DNA of 64,000 nt, taken from the NCBI GenBank assembly GCA_016934055.1, contig JAFGTR010000136.1, forward strand, positions 24,858-88,857, given 5' to 3'. The DNA comes from Bacteroidales bacterium. GTDB lineage: Bacteria > Bacteroidota > Bacteroidia > Bacteroidales > UBA10428. Of this stretch, positions 28,001 through 38,700 are shown piece after piece. Position numbers and translations under genes: made by a program. The notes beneath the pieces are model-generated. The model made no database searches, was not told the origin of the DNA, and saw nothing but the letters and a program-made list of their open reading frames with translations. Each line of letters starts with the position of its first letter. The first letter of the stretch is position 1.

Positions 28001-28075
28001 CCTTTTTGATTTTTAATCGTTTTTGGTTAATTTTCTCCAAATGTTATGCGGCAAAATTCGTAAAAAAAATGATTT

Positions 28076-30718
28076 ATGAAAGCCCCTTTCGTTATTTTTT
28101 CATTGCTTCCCTTTGCCTTATGCGCCCAGATAAATGAAGATTTTGAAACAGGCGATCTCCGTCAATGGCAGCAATTTCCTCCGCAACGCTGGGAATCATC
28201 TGCAATCACACCAATAAATGGACAATACGCCCTGCATCACATCTATAACAACAACTCGGCATGTTCCGACCGTATTTCACTGTTGCATGATCCTTTGTAT
28301 CTGGATTCTCTTACAACAACCTGGAAATTCAAGCTGTTTTATGCCTGTCAGCCATCATCCGAAAACAACTGGGCTGTTTATTTAACAGCTGACAGACCGT
28401 CGCCATACATGGACCCTGACAGCATTATTAATGCTTATGTGATTGGTGTTAATCTTTCCGGAAATGATGACATTCTGAGAACATACAAGATCATGAAAAG
28501 CCATGTGAGCACAATCATTGAAACTGATTTTAACTGGCAGACCATGACTTCTGTTTTGCATGGCAGCTGTATTGAGGTTACCCGCAATCCCGGCGGAAAA
28601 TGGTCATTGTCCATTGATACTGCAGGATCAGGTCAAAGTCTTATTGAGATTGGACGGGGCACAGATAAAGATATTATTATATCCGGACACACAGGCCTGA
28701 CATATAATTACACCCGTTCAAACGATCAGAAGATATGGTTTGATGATTTGACCATAACCGGCTTTTTCAGAGAGGATAAAGAGGTGCCCTGTGTGGAAAA
28801 CATTTTTGTTATGTCATCCAGCAGCATTAAGATCATATTTACAGAAGATTTAAAAACAGAAGAATTGACGCTTGCCGGATTTTCTGTTAATAACAATATC
28901 GGTATGCCTGCAGCCATGACTATTGAATCTGCCTCATCCATTGTGCTTACATTCAATAATTCATTTATCTCATCTCAAGCATACGATATAATCATCAGCA
29001 AAGCAGAGGATATCTATGGCAATGCCAATTATAACCTGAAAACCAGTTTTTTATATTATGACCCCCAACCCTATAATATTGTCATCAGTGAAATTATGGC
29101 TGATCCATCTCCGGCAGTCAATCTGCCTGAAGTCGAGTATCTGGAACTTTTTAACAATTCAGGCTATAACATAAATCTTCAGGGATGGGTATTAACTGCA
29201 GGTGAAAAATGCATTACCCTGCCTTCTTTCCTGATGGAAAAGCAAAGCTACGTTGTGCTTTGCGAAGCCCCTGATTCACTTTTGCTAAAACCATACGGGC
29301 CCGTCTTGCCAATACATGGCATGCCCGCACTGAACAACAAGGGACAAACGCTGACGCTGACAGATGCTGCAGGGGAAATTATCCATTCTGTTACCTATTC
29401 CGACAGATGGTTTAGTGATATCGGACAATCTGAAGGCGGCTGGTCACTTGAAATAATTGATCCCGACAATCCATGTGGCGGATATGCCAACTGGGACGGA
29501 TCTGAACACTTTCTGGGCGGGACACCGGGTTTTGTTAATTCGGTGCGGCGTTATAATCCCGATAATATTAGACCTGTTTTGCTCCATGCAGCCACCACAT
29601 GCGATTCAGGACTGCTGATATCCTTTAATGAGCCAATGCAATGCTCAGCAGCATCCGATCAATATGCTTATTCCGTTAACAACAACATCTTTCATCCTGT
29701 TAAAGCAGAACCAGTCCATCCCGATTTTTCAAACGTATTGCTTACCTTCCTGACAAAATTTGAACCATTCAGGCAATATGAGCTTATGGTAAAAAACAGT
29801 ATCAGTGATTGTTCAGGAAATCTGTTGCCAAACAGCTACATCAGTTTTGGGCTGGCTTATCCGCCTGATTCTTTTGATCTGGTGATCAACGAGATACTTT
29901 TTGATGCCCATGAAGATGAAGATTATGTTGAAATAGTAAACCGTTCTGAGAAAATTGTTGAACTCCTTGCAGTAAAGGTAGTTTTGGTGGACGAATATAC
30001 AGGGAAGATAAAAAAGGTGCTTCATGAAATTACGGCTCACCATCAGCTATTGCCTGAAGGTTATACTGTTTTAACAGGTAATGCAGCTGTTCTGCAGAAA
30101 TATTTTCACTGTCGTAACCCAGCTGCAATTATTGAGGCAACCGGAATATCATCACTTCCCGGCGAAACCGGTGCCATCGCGTTACTTGACGGAGATTACA
30201 GGACAATTGATAAATTCATCTACAGTTCAGATTATCATGATAAGCTGATAACCAATCCTGACGGCATTTCCCTGGAACGACTGAATGGTGATATTGCAAC
30301 CAACAATCCTGATAACTGGCATTCGGCATCTGCAGATGCCGGTTTTGGAACACCAGGGTACAAGAATTCGCAATCGATTATAAAGGAAGATGATTTGCCG
30401 ACCGGCGTATGGACAGAACCCGAAGTATTTACACCTGATAATGACAGCCATGATGATTATATTGTCATAAATTATCATTTTGACGAGCCGGGCATAATGG
30501 CTAACGTAATGATTTTTGATAACCGAGGATGTCTGGTTAAACAGTTGGCCAATAATGTAATGCTTGGAACTGATGGCTTTTTTATATGGGACGGTACTGA
30601 TATGAAAGGCCTTGTTGAATCAGCAGGATTGTACCTTATTTACACAGAAGTTTTTTCGGAACACGGCAGTCTGAAAAAATTCAAAAACACCTGTGTTCTG
30701 GCAAAAAGAATAAAATAA
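28076..30718 (+). CDS. Secreted lamin-tail-domain/Ig-like protein with T9SS type-B-like C-terminal domain
   Basis: Signal peptide; two LTDs (IVISEIMADP..EYLELFN; LVINEILFD..DYVEIVN); GGTPG..NS; C-terminal EVFTPDNDSHDD..WDG..GLYLI. Confidence 0.85.
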   Translation: MKAPFVIFSLLPFALCAQINEDFETGDLRQWQQFPPQRWESSAITPINGQYALHHIYNNNSACSDRISLLHDPLYLDSLTTTWKFKLFYACQPSSENNWAVYLTADRPSPYMDPDSIINAYVIGVNLSGNDDILRTYKIMKSHVSTIIETDFNWQTMTSVLHGSCIEVTRNPGGKWSLSIDTAGSGQSLIEIGRGTDKDIIISGHTGLTYNYTRSNDQKIWFDDLTITGFFREDKEVPCVENIFVMSSSSIKIIFTEDLKTEELTLAGFSVNNNIGMPAAMTIESASSIVLTFNNSFISSQAYDIIISKAEDIYGNANYNLKTSFLYYDPQPYNIVISEIMADPSPAVNLPEVEYLELFNNSGYNINLQGWVLTAGEKCITLPSFLMEKQSYVVLCEAPDSLLLKPYGPVLPIHGMPALNNKGQTLTLTDAAGEIIHSVTYSDRWFSDIGQSEGGWSLEIIDPDNPCGGYANWDGSEHFLGGTPGFVNSVRRYNPDNIRPVLLHAATTCDSGLLISFNEPMQCSAASDQYAYSVNNNIFHPVKAEPVHPDFSNVLLTFLTKFEPFRQYELMVKNSISDCSGNLLPNSYISFGLAYPPDSFDLVINEILFDAHEDEDYVEIVNRSEKIVELLAVKVVLVDEYTGKIKKVLHEITAHHQLLPEGYTVLTGNAAVLQKYFHCRNPAAIIEATGISSLPGETGAIALLDGDYRTIDKFIYSSDYHDKLITNPDGISLERLNGDIATNNPDNWHSASADAGFGTPGYKNSQSIIKEDDLPTGVWTEPEVFTPDNDSHDDYIVINYHFDEPGIMANVMIFDNRGCLVKQLANNVMLGTDGFFIWDGTDMKGLVESAGLYLIYTEVFSEHGSLKKFKNTCVLAKRIK

Positions 30719-30825
30719 TAAGCCCGCTTGCCACAATCATCTTTTTGTTCTGACTGTTTTCCGTAACATAAATCATTGTATAATCGTACTTATTTAAGAA
30801 ATTTATGCTTGAATAAAAATCGGTA

Positions 30826-30990
30826 TAACTTAAGTTGCTATTTATGAAAAAGATACTTAATTATTGATGTAAGATTGAAGATTTAAGATTTACGAAGTCA
30901 AAGGCAAAAACAATATAATCAATACTATACGAACCTGGCATTTCCCTTCTTAAATCATATTAAGAATTTTATAACTGGTAACTTGAATTA
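30826..30990 (+). repeat. Leader-region repeat element (copy 2, uninterrupted)
   Basis: Homologous to 23160-23492(-); ends 20 nt before ATG 31011. Confidence 0.8.
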
Positions 30991-31010
30991 TACAGTAAAC
31001 CGCCGGTATC

Positions 31011-32207
31011 ATGAAATATACCATCCTGGTCGCCGATGACTCAAAATTGTATTTTAATACAATTGAAGAAGCCTTCCGGCAATTGGGTGACAACTACAGG
31101 TTATTATGGGCCAGTACGGGCAAAATGGCATGTCTTTTGGCCGAAAGGCATTTACCTGACCTCATCCTGATGGACGTGATAATGCCGGAAATGAATGGCG
31201 TTCAAGCGATTAAAAAATTAAAAGAGAATCCCCTTACCTCAGATATACCGGTTATCATGTTATCAGCAACAGAAAGTTTGAAAGCAGCATATGAAACCGG
31301 TGCACATGATTTCATTTCAAAACCCTTCAAGCATTTCGAATTACTCATGCGGGTGAAAGCGTCACTGACACTCATTGACAAAATAAAGGAAATTAAAAAA
31401 CAAAAGGAAAAGCTTGAAAATGAGCATCAAAAAGTATCACAGCAACGCAAGGAGATGATTGATGACATAACTTATTCCAAACGTATACAAAGGGCCATCC
31501 TGCCAACAAATGATATGGTCAGAGGAATATTTCCTGAGCATTTCATTCTTAACATTCCCCGAAACATTGTAAGTGGTGATTTTTACTGGGTCGGGCAGAA
31601 ATCAGGGAAAAAAATCATACTTGTTGCTGACTGTACTGGTCATGGCATATCAGGAGCCTTCATGACCATGGCGGGAATTGCTTATATGAATGAGATATTC
31701 AATCGCTATAGTATCGAAGAACCGGCTGAATACCTATACCTGCTCAGGGAGCAGGTTATGAAGCTGCTCCATCAGAAAGGCCTTGAAGGAGAAGCCTCCG
31801 ATGGCATGGATGTTGCTCTTTGCATTGTTGATGAAAAGAATAAAACTCTTAAATATGCCGGCGCCAACAATCCGCTTTATTATGTCAACCAGAACGGATT
31901 AGAGGTTTACAAAGCTGACCGTATGCCTATTGGCATTCATGTTAATTTTACGATGCCTTTCACTTCGCATACCATCCTGTATACACCAGGAGATATGCTG
32001 TATCTTTTTTCTGACGGTTATGCCGACCAGTTTGGCGGACCTGATAATAAAAAATTCCGGTACAAACAATTTCAGGAGTTGTTGGCTTCGGTTCACAATG
32101 CATCATTGGCAGAACAGAATGAAACGTTGCTTCGCACGTTTCTGCACTGGAAAGGTGATGAAGAACAAATAGATGATATTCTTATTATTGGCGTTCGCTT
32201 ATCATAA
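31011..32207 (+). CDS. Response regulator receiver fused to SpoIIE/PP2C phosphatase
   Basis: VADDS..LILMDVIMP..FISKPF receiver; VSGDFYW, DCTGHG, DGMD, FSDGYADQFGG, QIDD. Confidence 0.92.
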   Translation: MKYTILVADDSKLYFNTIEEAFRQLGDNYRLLWASTGKMACLLAERHLPDLILMDVIMPEMNGVQAIKKLKENPLTSDIPVIMLSATESLKAAYETGAHDFISKPFKHFELLMRVKASLTLIDKIKEIKKQKEKLENEHQKVSQQRKEMIDDITYSKRIQRAILPTNDMVRGIFPEHFILNIPRNIVSGDFYWVGQKSGKKIILVADCTGHGISGAFMTMAGIAYMNEIFNRYSIEEPAEYLYLLREQVMKLLHQKGLEGEASDGMDVALCIVDEKNKTLKYAGANNPLYYVNQNGLEVYKADRMPIGIHVNFTMPFTSHTILYTPGDMLYLFSDGYADQFGGPDNKKFRYKQFQELLASVHNASLAEQNETLLRTFLHWKGDEEQIDDILIIGVRLS

Positions 32208-32278
32208 AATGCAATCTTTCAGTTCATGATTATGAATTTTAATGAAAGATTTCGTAATTTAAATTTTTATTAAATGCT

Positions 32279-34078
32279 ATGATTCATTTGTATCGCAACC
32301 GAGAAATTATAAAAACCATTGCACTGCTGATTTTTCTGATAACAGCATCTGTTCCTGGCTGCATAGTTATGGCTCAGGGGGATATTCCCCCCGGCATAAA
32401 AGATGAAATTGCCCAAAATGATCTGCTTACGGAAAAACTTATCAAGGAAGGCAAACAGGCTGAAGCTGTCAGCTATCTTAACCGGTCAGCATATCTGCTG
32501 CACACAAACGGCTTAATTGATGAAGCAGCAGATTATTATCTTAAAGTACTGAAAATTAACCAGCAACTTGGCAATCAAAAAGGCATTCAACTGGCATCCA
32601 ATAGTCTTGGTATGATCTATATTGATCTTGAACAATACGACAATGCCATACAACATCTGAAAAAGGCACTTCAATTGTCGAAACAATTTAATCAACCTGT
32701 TGAGACAGTCTCATGTCTTACCAATATAGCACTTGCACAACAGGGCTCAGGGAAACACAAAGAAGCCATTGCCACACTGGAAGCAGCCATTAGTACTGCC
32801 AAAGAGTTAAATGATCTCAAACTGTTGCGTCGCTGTTATGGTTTGGCTTTTGACAGTTATGACAAAACAGGTAATGCTGAAAAATCGCGGGCTTATTTTG
32901 AACTATATTCCTCCCTTGACAAAGAGATCAAAAAGCGGGAAATGGAAAATGTGAAGACAACTGCTGAAGATAAAGTAACTCAGGCTTATGCTGCAAAACA
33001 AATAACCGAGGAAGAATTAAAGGTAAAAAATGAACAGTTGAAAATTACAGCCGATTCCCTTCAGGTTGTTGAGCAACTCACCCGTGAACAGCGGCTGGAA
33101 CTGGAGTTACGCCAATCACAAATCGATAAAAAAGAAGCTGAGATCAAGATAGAAAAAATGAAACGTTTTCAGATTACTGCCCTGCTCCTGGGATCTCTTG
33201 TCTTCGCCGCCGTGCTCATCTATCTCCTGGTTCAGAATATCAGGTCAAAACAGAAAATAAAAGAACAAAAGGATCTGCTTGAAACTCAAAATAAAAATAT
33301 CACAGCCAGTATCAGGTATGCCAAAACAATACAACAGGCTATTCTGCCTGATATATCAACCCTTAAAAAATACTTTGAAATTTTCATAATGTATCAGCCC
33401 AAAGATATAGTATCCGGTGATTTTTACTGGTTTTCTGAATCACATGCCAGAACATCAGACAAAAAAAGCCTTTTTCTTGCAGTTGTTGACTGCACCGGTC
33501 ACGGTGTTCCGGGTGCTTTTATGTCAATGATAGGAAATCGTCTGCTGAATGAAATAGTCAATGAGCACCGGATTGATGATCCGGCTAAAATACTGGAGCT
33601 TCTGAATGCTGAGATCCGTTTGGTTTTAAGACAGGAACAGACTGAAAATAACGACGGGATGGATCTTTCCTTATGCCACTTCACCCGTAACAATAATGAA
33701 GAAACAGGCCTTACCTTTGCGGGGGCAAAAAGAAACATGCATGTCATCAAAAAAGAAAGGAAAGAAATCATCAAACTGAAAGGTGACAGGATATCCATCG
33801 GCGGTGTAGGTCAGCATTTGGGAAAGATACAATTCAAAAACCATGATATCCTGCTTTCCAAAGGCGACCAGTTATACCTTTCAACCGACGGTATCATTGA
33901 CCAAAACGGTCCCGACCGAAGTCGTTTTGGCACCAACAGACTTGAAGAAATTTTATTTAAATACTCAAAGTATCCGATGGAAGAACAAGAGTATTCTATC
34001 CGGCAGGAAATTGACAGGTTTCGTCAAAATGAAGAACAGCGTGATGATATTACATTGATGGGTATAAAAATAATTTAA
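32279..34078 (+). CDS. TPR-repeat sensor, TM, SpoIIE/PP2C phosphatase
   Basis: Signal/TM, TPR motifs (SNSLGMIY..YDNAIQHLKKAL), second TM, PP2C motifs PKDIVSGDFYW, DCTGHGVPGA, STDG, QRDD. Confidence 0.9.
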   Translation: MIHLYRNREIIKTIALLIFLITASVPGCIVMAQGDIPPGIKDEIAQNDLLTEKLIKEGKQAEAVSYLNRSAYLLHTNGLIDEAADYYLKVLKINQQLGNQKGIQLASNSLGMIYIDLEQYDNAIQHLKKALQLSKQFNQPVETVSCLTNIALAQQGSGKHKEAIATLEAAISTAKELNDLKLLRRCYGLAFDSYDKTGNAEKSRAYFELYSSLDKEIKKREMENVKTTAEDKVTQAYAAKQITEEELKVKNEQLKITADSLQVVEQLTREQRLELELRQSQIDKKEAEIKIEKMKRFQITALLLGSLVFAAVLIYLLVQNIRSKQKIKEQKDLLETQNKNITASIRYAKTIQQAILPDISTLKKYFEIFIMYQPKDIVSGDFYWFSESHARTSDKKSLFLAVVDCTGHGVPGAFMSMIGNRLLNEIVNEHRIDDPAKILELLNAEIRLVLRQEQTENNDGMDLSLCHFTRNNNEETGLTFAGAKRNMHVIKKERKEIIKLKGDRISIGGVGQHLGKIQFKNHDILLSKGDQLYLSTDGIIDQNGPDRSRFGTNRLEEILFKYSKYPMEEQEYSIRQEIDRFRQNEEQRDDITLMGIKII

Positions 34079-34089
34079 ATATAAAAGCC

Positions 34090-34614
34090 ATGCCAATCAT
34101 CAAAGAGGAATACCAGCAGAACTGCCTTCTGACCTATCAGGGCCCTATTACGGTCAACCTCGTATCCTTTCTCGGTAACTATATCAAATCGTTTATCGAA
34201 TACGACACCAAAGTGCTTGTAAGATTATTCAAAATATACATTGAATTAACCCAAAATGTTTCTTACTATTCATCTGAAAAACAGCAGGTTAAAAATGGTG
34301 TCAATTGTGGCGTTGGTTGGTTTACAATACAGGAATCGGATGATTCATTCAGAATCACCACCGGTAACAGGATACTTAAATCAGACGGAAAAAAGCTTAC
34401 GCAATACTGTAACGAAATTAACCAGCTCAATGAAGAAGAACTGCGTGATTTAAAAAGAAAGACAAGGGCCCAGGCGATGGTGAGAGATGTTGGTGCTCAT
34501 ATTGGATTAATTCAAACCAGTCTAACCAGCGGAAGCCAGCTTGATTTCAAAATTGATCCCGTTGACAGGCTGCATTCCTTCTTTACCATTTCAACAAAAG
34601 TTATGAAACAATAA
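34090..34614 (+). CDS. SiaB-family kinase-like protein (divergent G-box)
   Basis: LTYQGPI, IELTQNVSYYS, TTGN, GAHIGLI; paralog of 9375-9956. Confidence 0.78.
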   Translation: MPIIKEEYQQNCLLTYQGPITVNLVSFLGNYIKSFIEYDTKVLVRLFKIYIELTQNVSYYSSEKQQVKNGVNCGVGWFTIQESDDSFRITTGNRILKSDGKKLTQYCNEINQLNEEELRDLKRKTRAQAMVRDVGAHIGLIQTSLTSGSQLDFKIDPVDRLHSFFTISTKVMKQ

Positions 34615-34632
34615 TTAGTGCATGATAAAATT

Positions 34633-35013
34633 ATGGAAAGTCTGATCATTAATGAGGTAAAAGGATCGCCCTATTATCCTGCAGTTAGTTTTAATGCTGA
34701 AACCGGTGTCTGTGAAATGCGGGGTGAATCATACATGGAAGAAACCTATAAGTTTTATGAACCGTTAATTGGCTGGATAAACACTTATATCCTACAAAAA
34801 AAGCCGCTGGAGATGCACTTTAAGCTTACCTATTTTAACACCAATTCTTCACGCCTGATCCTTGATATACTTGATATTTTTAATAAATACCACGAAAGCG
34901 GAGGGTCAGTCAATGTTTATTGGTATTATGATAAAAAAGATCCGGATATGGTTGAAGAAATTGAAGATTTTATGGCAGAATCCGGAATGGAAATAAAAAT
35001 GATACCCTTCTGA
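34633..35013 (+). CDS. SiaC-family (DUF1987) protein
   Basis: GESYMEE..FYEPLIGWI..LTYFNTNSSR..WYY..DPDMVEEIEDF; ATG 34633 preferred over GTG 34618. Confidence 0.88.
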   Translation: MESLIINEVKGSPYYPAVSFNAETGVCEMRGESYMEETYKFYEPLIGWINTYILQKKPLEMHFKLTYFNTNSSRLILDILDIFNKYHESGGSVNVYWYYDKKDPDMVEEIEDFMAESGMEIKMIPF

Positions 35014-35038
35014 TTCTTTTTGTGATTTAATGCAGAGT

Positions 35039-35779
35039 TTATAAAATCTTTGCTTTAAAATATTCACGGTTCAGGCATGCAATATGGGATAAGGAAATAT
35101 TTTTAGGACACTCAACCTCGCATGCCCCCGTATTGGTACAGGCACCAAAACCCAGTTCATCCATTTTGGCCACCATCTTTTTCACTCTTTCTTTTGCTTC
35201 AACCCTGCCTTGCGGCAGCTTAGCAAACTGTGAAACTTTTGACGCAACGAACAACATGGCTGAAGCATTTTTACAAGCTGCAACACAAGCACCACATCCT
35301 ATACAGGCAGCTGCATCCATGGCCAGTTCGGCATCTTCCTTGGGAACAAGTATGGTGTTGGCATCGGGTACTCCTCCGGTGCTCACGGATATGTAACCAC
35401 CAGAGGCTATGATTTTATCAAAAGCGCTCCGGTCGACAACAAGATCTTTAATGACAGGAAATGGCTTTGCACGCCAGGGCTCAACAGTAATGGTATCTCC
35501 ATCACGGTAACGCCGCATATGCAATTGACAGGTTGTCACACCATCATCCTGTCCATGTGGACGACCGTTTATGTATAAACCACAGGCACCACAAATGCCT
35601 TCACGGCAATCGTGATCATAGCAAACCGGCTTTTCGAATTTGTCGATTAACTGCTGATTGAGAATATCCAGCATTTCCAGAAAAGAACATTCCGGTGAAA
35701 TCCCGGTAACATGGTATGTGACAAACCTGCCTTTTGCCCTTGCATTTTCCTGCCGCCATATTTTAAGGGTAAAATCCAT
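35039..35779 (-). CDS. sdhB: Succinate dehydrogenase/fumarate reductase iron-sulfur subunit
   Basis: [33 protein letters not shown]. Confidence 0.96.
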   Translation of the reverse strand: MDFTLKIWRQENARAKGRFVTYHVTGISPECSFLEMLDILNQQLIDKFEKPVCYDHDCREGICGACGLYINGRPHGQDDGVTTCQLHMRRYRDGDTITVEPWRAKPFPVIKDLVVDRSAFDKIIASGGYISVSTGGVPDANTILVPKEDAELAMDAAACIGCGACVAACKNASAMLFVASKVSQFAKLPQGRVEAKERVKKMVAKMDELGFGACTNTGACEVECPKNISLSHIACLNREYFKAKIL

Positions 35780-35808
35780 AAGAACAAACTGAATAATATT
35801 TTTCTTTT

Positions 35809-37749
35809 TTAAATCTTATAGTTTCGTATTGCCACTTTAATATCCTCATATTTCAATGGTTCTTTATGCATCTCATGCTCCCTGTCCGATGCCTTGTATT
35901 CCCATACAGCAACAAACATGAAATCATCATCATTGCGCATGGCTTCTCCTTCATCCGATTGGTGTTCTTCCCTGAAATGACCGCCACAGGATTCTTCCCG
36001 CTGCAGTGCATCACGGGCCATTAACTCACCGATTTCAATAAAATCGGCCACTCTGCCAGCTTTTTCAAGTTCAGGATTCATTTCATCATAACGCCCCGTG
36101 ACCCTCACATCTTTCCAGAATTCTTCCTTCAGGGCAGAAAATTCCTTTAGTGCGCTTTCAAGTCCGCTTTTGTTACGAGCCATTCCAACCATTTCCCAGA
36201 GCTTTAGACCAAATTTCCTGTGTATGGCGTCAACAGATTGTTTCCCTTTTATAGAAAACAGTTTATGAATATTGTCACGGACACTATTCTCTGCTCTTTC
36301 AAACTCAGGCAAGGTCACCGGCATCCTGGGAACGAGAATTTCTTCAGCCAGGTAATGCTGCAAAGTGTATGGCAGAATAAAATAGCCATCGGCCAGACCC
36401 TGCATCAATGCTGAGGCTCCAAGTCTGTTAGCCCCATGGTCTGAGAAATTGCATTCGCCAATGGCAAACAGTCCAGGGATTGTCGTCATCAGGTGATAGT
36501 CTACCCATAATCCGCCCATACAATAATGTATGGCGGGATATATCATCATGGGTGTCTTATAAGGATTTTCATCCACAATCTTTTCGTACATCTGAAACAA
36601 ATTACCGTATCTTTCCCTGATAACATCTTTGCCAAGATTTTTTATGGCGTCTTCAAAATCAAGGTAAACAGCAAGTCCCGATCCCACACCAAATCCTGCG
36701 TCACATCGATCCTTGGCAGCTCTTGAAGCGACATCACGCGGTACAAGATTACCGAAAGCCGGATATTTTCTTTCGAGGTAATAATCCCTGTCTTCCTCAG
36801 CCAGGTCAGCGGGTAATTTTGTTTTGTTACGCAAAGCTTCTGCATCCTCACTTTTCTTTGGTACCCAAATACGGCCATCATTTCGGAGGCTCTCACTCAT
36901 CAGAGTCAGTTTTGACTGATAATCTCCGTGAACAGGAATACATGTCGGATGGATCTGCACAAAAGAAGGGTTGGCAAAATATGCACCCTTTTTATAGGCC
37001 TGCCAGATAGCACTGCCATTTGCCCCCATGGCCATTGTGGAGAGAAAATAGGCTCTTCCGTAACCTCCGGTCGCCAGTACAACAGCATGCCCAAAATGCC
37101 TTTCCAATGCTCCCGTTATAAGATTCCGGGTAATGATACCCCGTGCTTTACCTTCAATGATTACCAGGTCAAGCATCTCCGTACGCGGGAAAAAGGTGAT
37201 CTTTCCCGCATTTACCTGGCGCATCATAGCCCCGTATGCGCCAAGCAAAAGCTGCTGTCCTGTTTGTCCGCGTGCATAAAAAGTACGTGAAACCTGTGCT
37301 CCCCCGAAAGAACGATTCTTCAGCACTCCGCTGTATTCACGGGCAAAGGGTACACCCCGCGCTACACACTGGTCAATAATCGATCCGCTCACTTCAGCCA
37401 ACCGGTAAACGTTAGCCTCACGTGACCTGTAATCTCCCCCTTTTATGGTATCATAAAAAAGCCTGTAAACACTGTCCCCGTCATTGGGATAATTTTTTGC
37501 CGCATTGATACCGCCCTGGGCAGCAATACTGTGTGCCCTGCGCGGACTGTCCTGGTAACAAAAAACCTTCACGTTAAAACCCTGCTCTCCCAGGCTGGCT
37601 GCAGCCGAAGCTCCTGCAAGACCTGTGCCTACCACTATAATATCAAGTTTGCGCTTATTGGCAGGACTGACCAGCTTTTGTGTCGCTTTGAAACGTGTCC
37701 ATTTCTCAGCTAAAGGACCTTCCGGAATTCTGGCATCAAGTCTTATCAT
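35809..37749 (-). CDS. sdhA: Succinate dehydrogenase/fumarate reductase flavoprotein subunit
   Basis: [42 protein letters not shown]. Confidence 0.97.
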   Translation of the reverse strand: MIRLDARIPEGPLAEKWTRFKATQKLVSPANKRKLDIIVVGTGLAGASAAASLGEQGFNVKVFCYQDSPRRAHSIAAQGGINAAKNYPNDGDSVYRLFYDTIKGGDYRSREANVYRLAEVSGSIIDQCVARGVPFAREYSGVLKNRSFGGAQVSRTFYARGQTGQQLLLGAYGAMMRQVNAGKITFFPRTEMLDLVIIEGKARGIITRNLITGALERHFGHAVVLATGGYGRAYFLSTMAMGANGSAIWQAYKKGAYFANPSFVQIHPTCIPVHGDYQSKLTLMSESLRNDGRIWVPKKSEDAEALRNKTKLPADLAEEDRDYYLERKYPAFGNLVPRDVASRAAKDRCDAGFGVGSGLAVYLDFEDAIKNLGKDVIRERYGNLFQMYEKIVDENPYKTPMMIYPAIHYCMGGLWVDYHLMTTIPGLFAIGECNFSDHGANRLGASALMQGLADGYFILPYTLQHYLAEEILVPRMPVTLPEFERAENSVRDNIHKLFSIKGKQSVDAIHRKFGLKLWEMVGMARNKSGLESALKEFSALKEEFWKDVRVTGRYDEMNPELEKAGRVADFIEIGELMARDALQREESCGGHFREEHQSDEGEAMRNDDDFMFVAVWEYKASDREHEMHKEPLKYEDIKVAIRNYKI

Positions 37750-37770
37750 ATCATGTTGATATTCTGTTTT

Positions 37771-38442
37771 CTACATAAAAAAGTAAATATAAACCGGTAT
37801 CAGTGTGAATCCGGCCGTTACCAGTATGGTATACAAAACACCAATAACTTTTATCCATGGTGTATATAGCCTGTGATCAAGACCCAGGGTTTGAAAAGCT
37901 GACCAAAAGCCATGCAACAGGTGAAAGGCAAGAAAAATAAAACAGACAATATAAAATATCACAAATCCAGGGATTTTAAACTTCTCAATGACAAGTATGC
38001 CAAGATCGTGATAGGATTTCCCGTTATAAAAAACCACAGGGATTTCACCGGAAAATTTTGATTTGAAAAAGAAATCTGACAGGTGAATGATAATAAAGAC
38101 AGTAATAATAACAGCGGTATGAATCATGAATTTGGAAAAAAAAGAAGTCTGTGAATAATTGTTAATGCTGTAAAACCTGCCCCGGGCAATCCAGTTTTTT
38201 ATTTGCAGATAAAAGCCATAGAACATATGAAGGAACAATCCTCCAAACAATATGATTTCCACAATTTTAATCAGCAGATTGGAAGACATGAAATGGGCAG
38301 CTTTATTAAAAGATTCCCGTGTATCGGAAAAAATAAGAGACAGATTAATTCCCAGATGAACAACCAGAAATACAATAAGAAACAATCCTGCCAATGACAT
38401 TATCAGTTTTTTACCTATTGATGAGGTGAAAAGATTGCTCAT
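37771..38442 (-). CDS. sdhC: Succinate dehydrogenase cytochrome b subunit
   Basis: SSIGKKLIMSLAGLFL..VHL, 5 TM with heme-ligand His (FHLLHGFWSAFQTLG). Confidence 0.94.
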   Translation of the reverse strand: MSNLFTSSIGKKLIMSLAGLFLIVFLVVHLGINLSLIFSDTRESFNKAAHFMSSNLLIKIVEIILFGGLFLHMFYGFYLQIKNWIARGRFYSINNYSQTSFFSKFMIHTAVIITVFIIIHLSDFFFKSKFSGEIPVVFYNGKSYHDLGILVIEKFKIPGFVIFYIVCFIFLAFHLLHGFWSAFQTLGLDHRLYTPWIKVIGVLYTILVTAGFTLIPVYIYFFM

Positions 38443-38700
38443 AAAACTGTATTTAAAATAAAAAGAGATTACAGCCCTTTGTAATCCTCAATTACCTGCC
38501 AGCCATTGCCAGGCGGGCGGAAATTGAGTAAAACAGTTAAGATGCCGTTTGAGACAACCTCCTGCAAATATATTCCCGGACACAAGATAATAAAATACCT
38601 TTTACCATTATCTTATAATTTAGAAACATTTTAAAGTAATACTTCATTTTTTATTATCTTTCGTTTTTGTTGTTCCGAAAAAAAGCTTTAACCCAGGGAT

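Noticed and set aside
27942-28040. Lys-rich leader peptide (TTG start, MEKINQKRLKIKK...) for asd attenuation
   Set aside because: Lys enrichment is expected in A-rich DNA, the start is weak and the ORF runs through the hairpin; not supportable without conservation data
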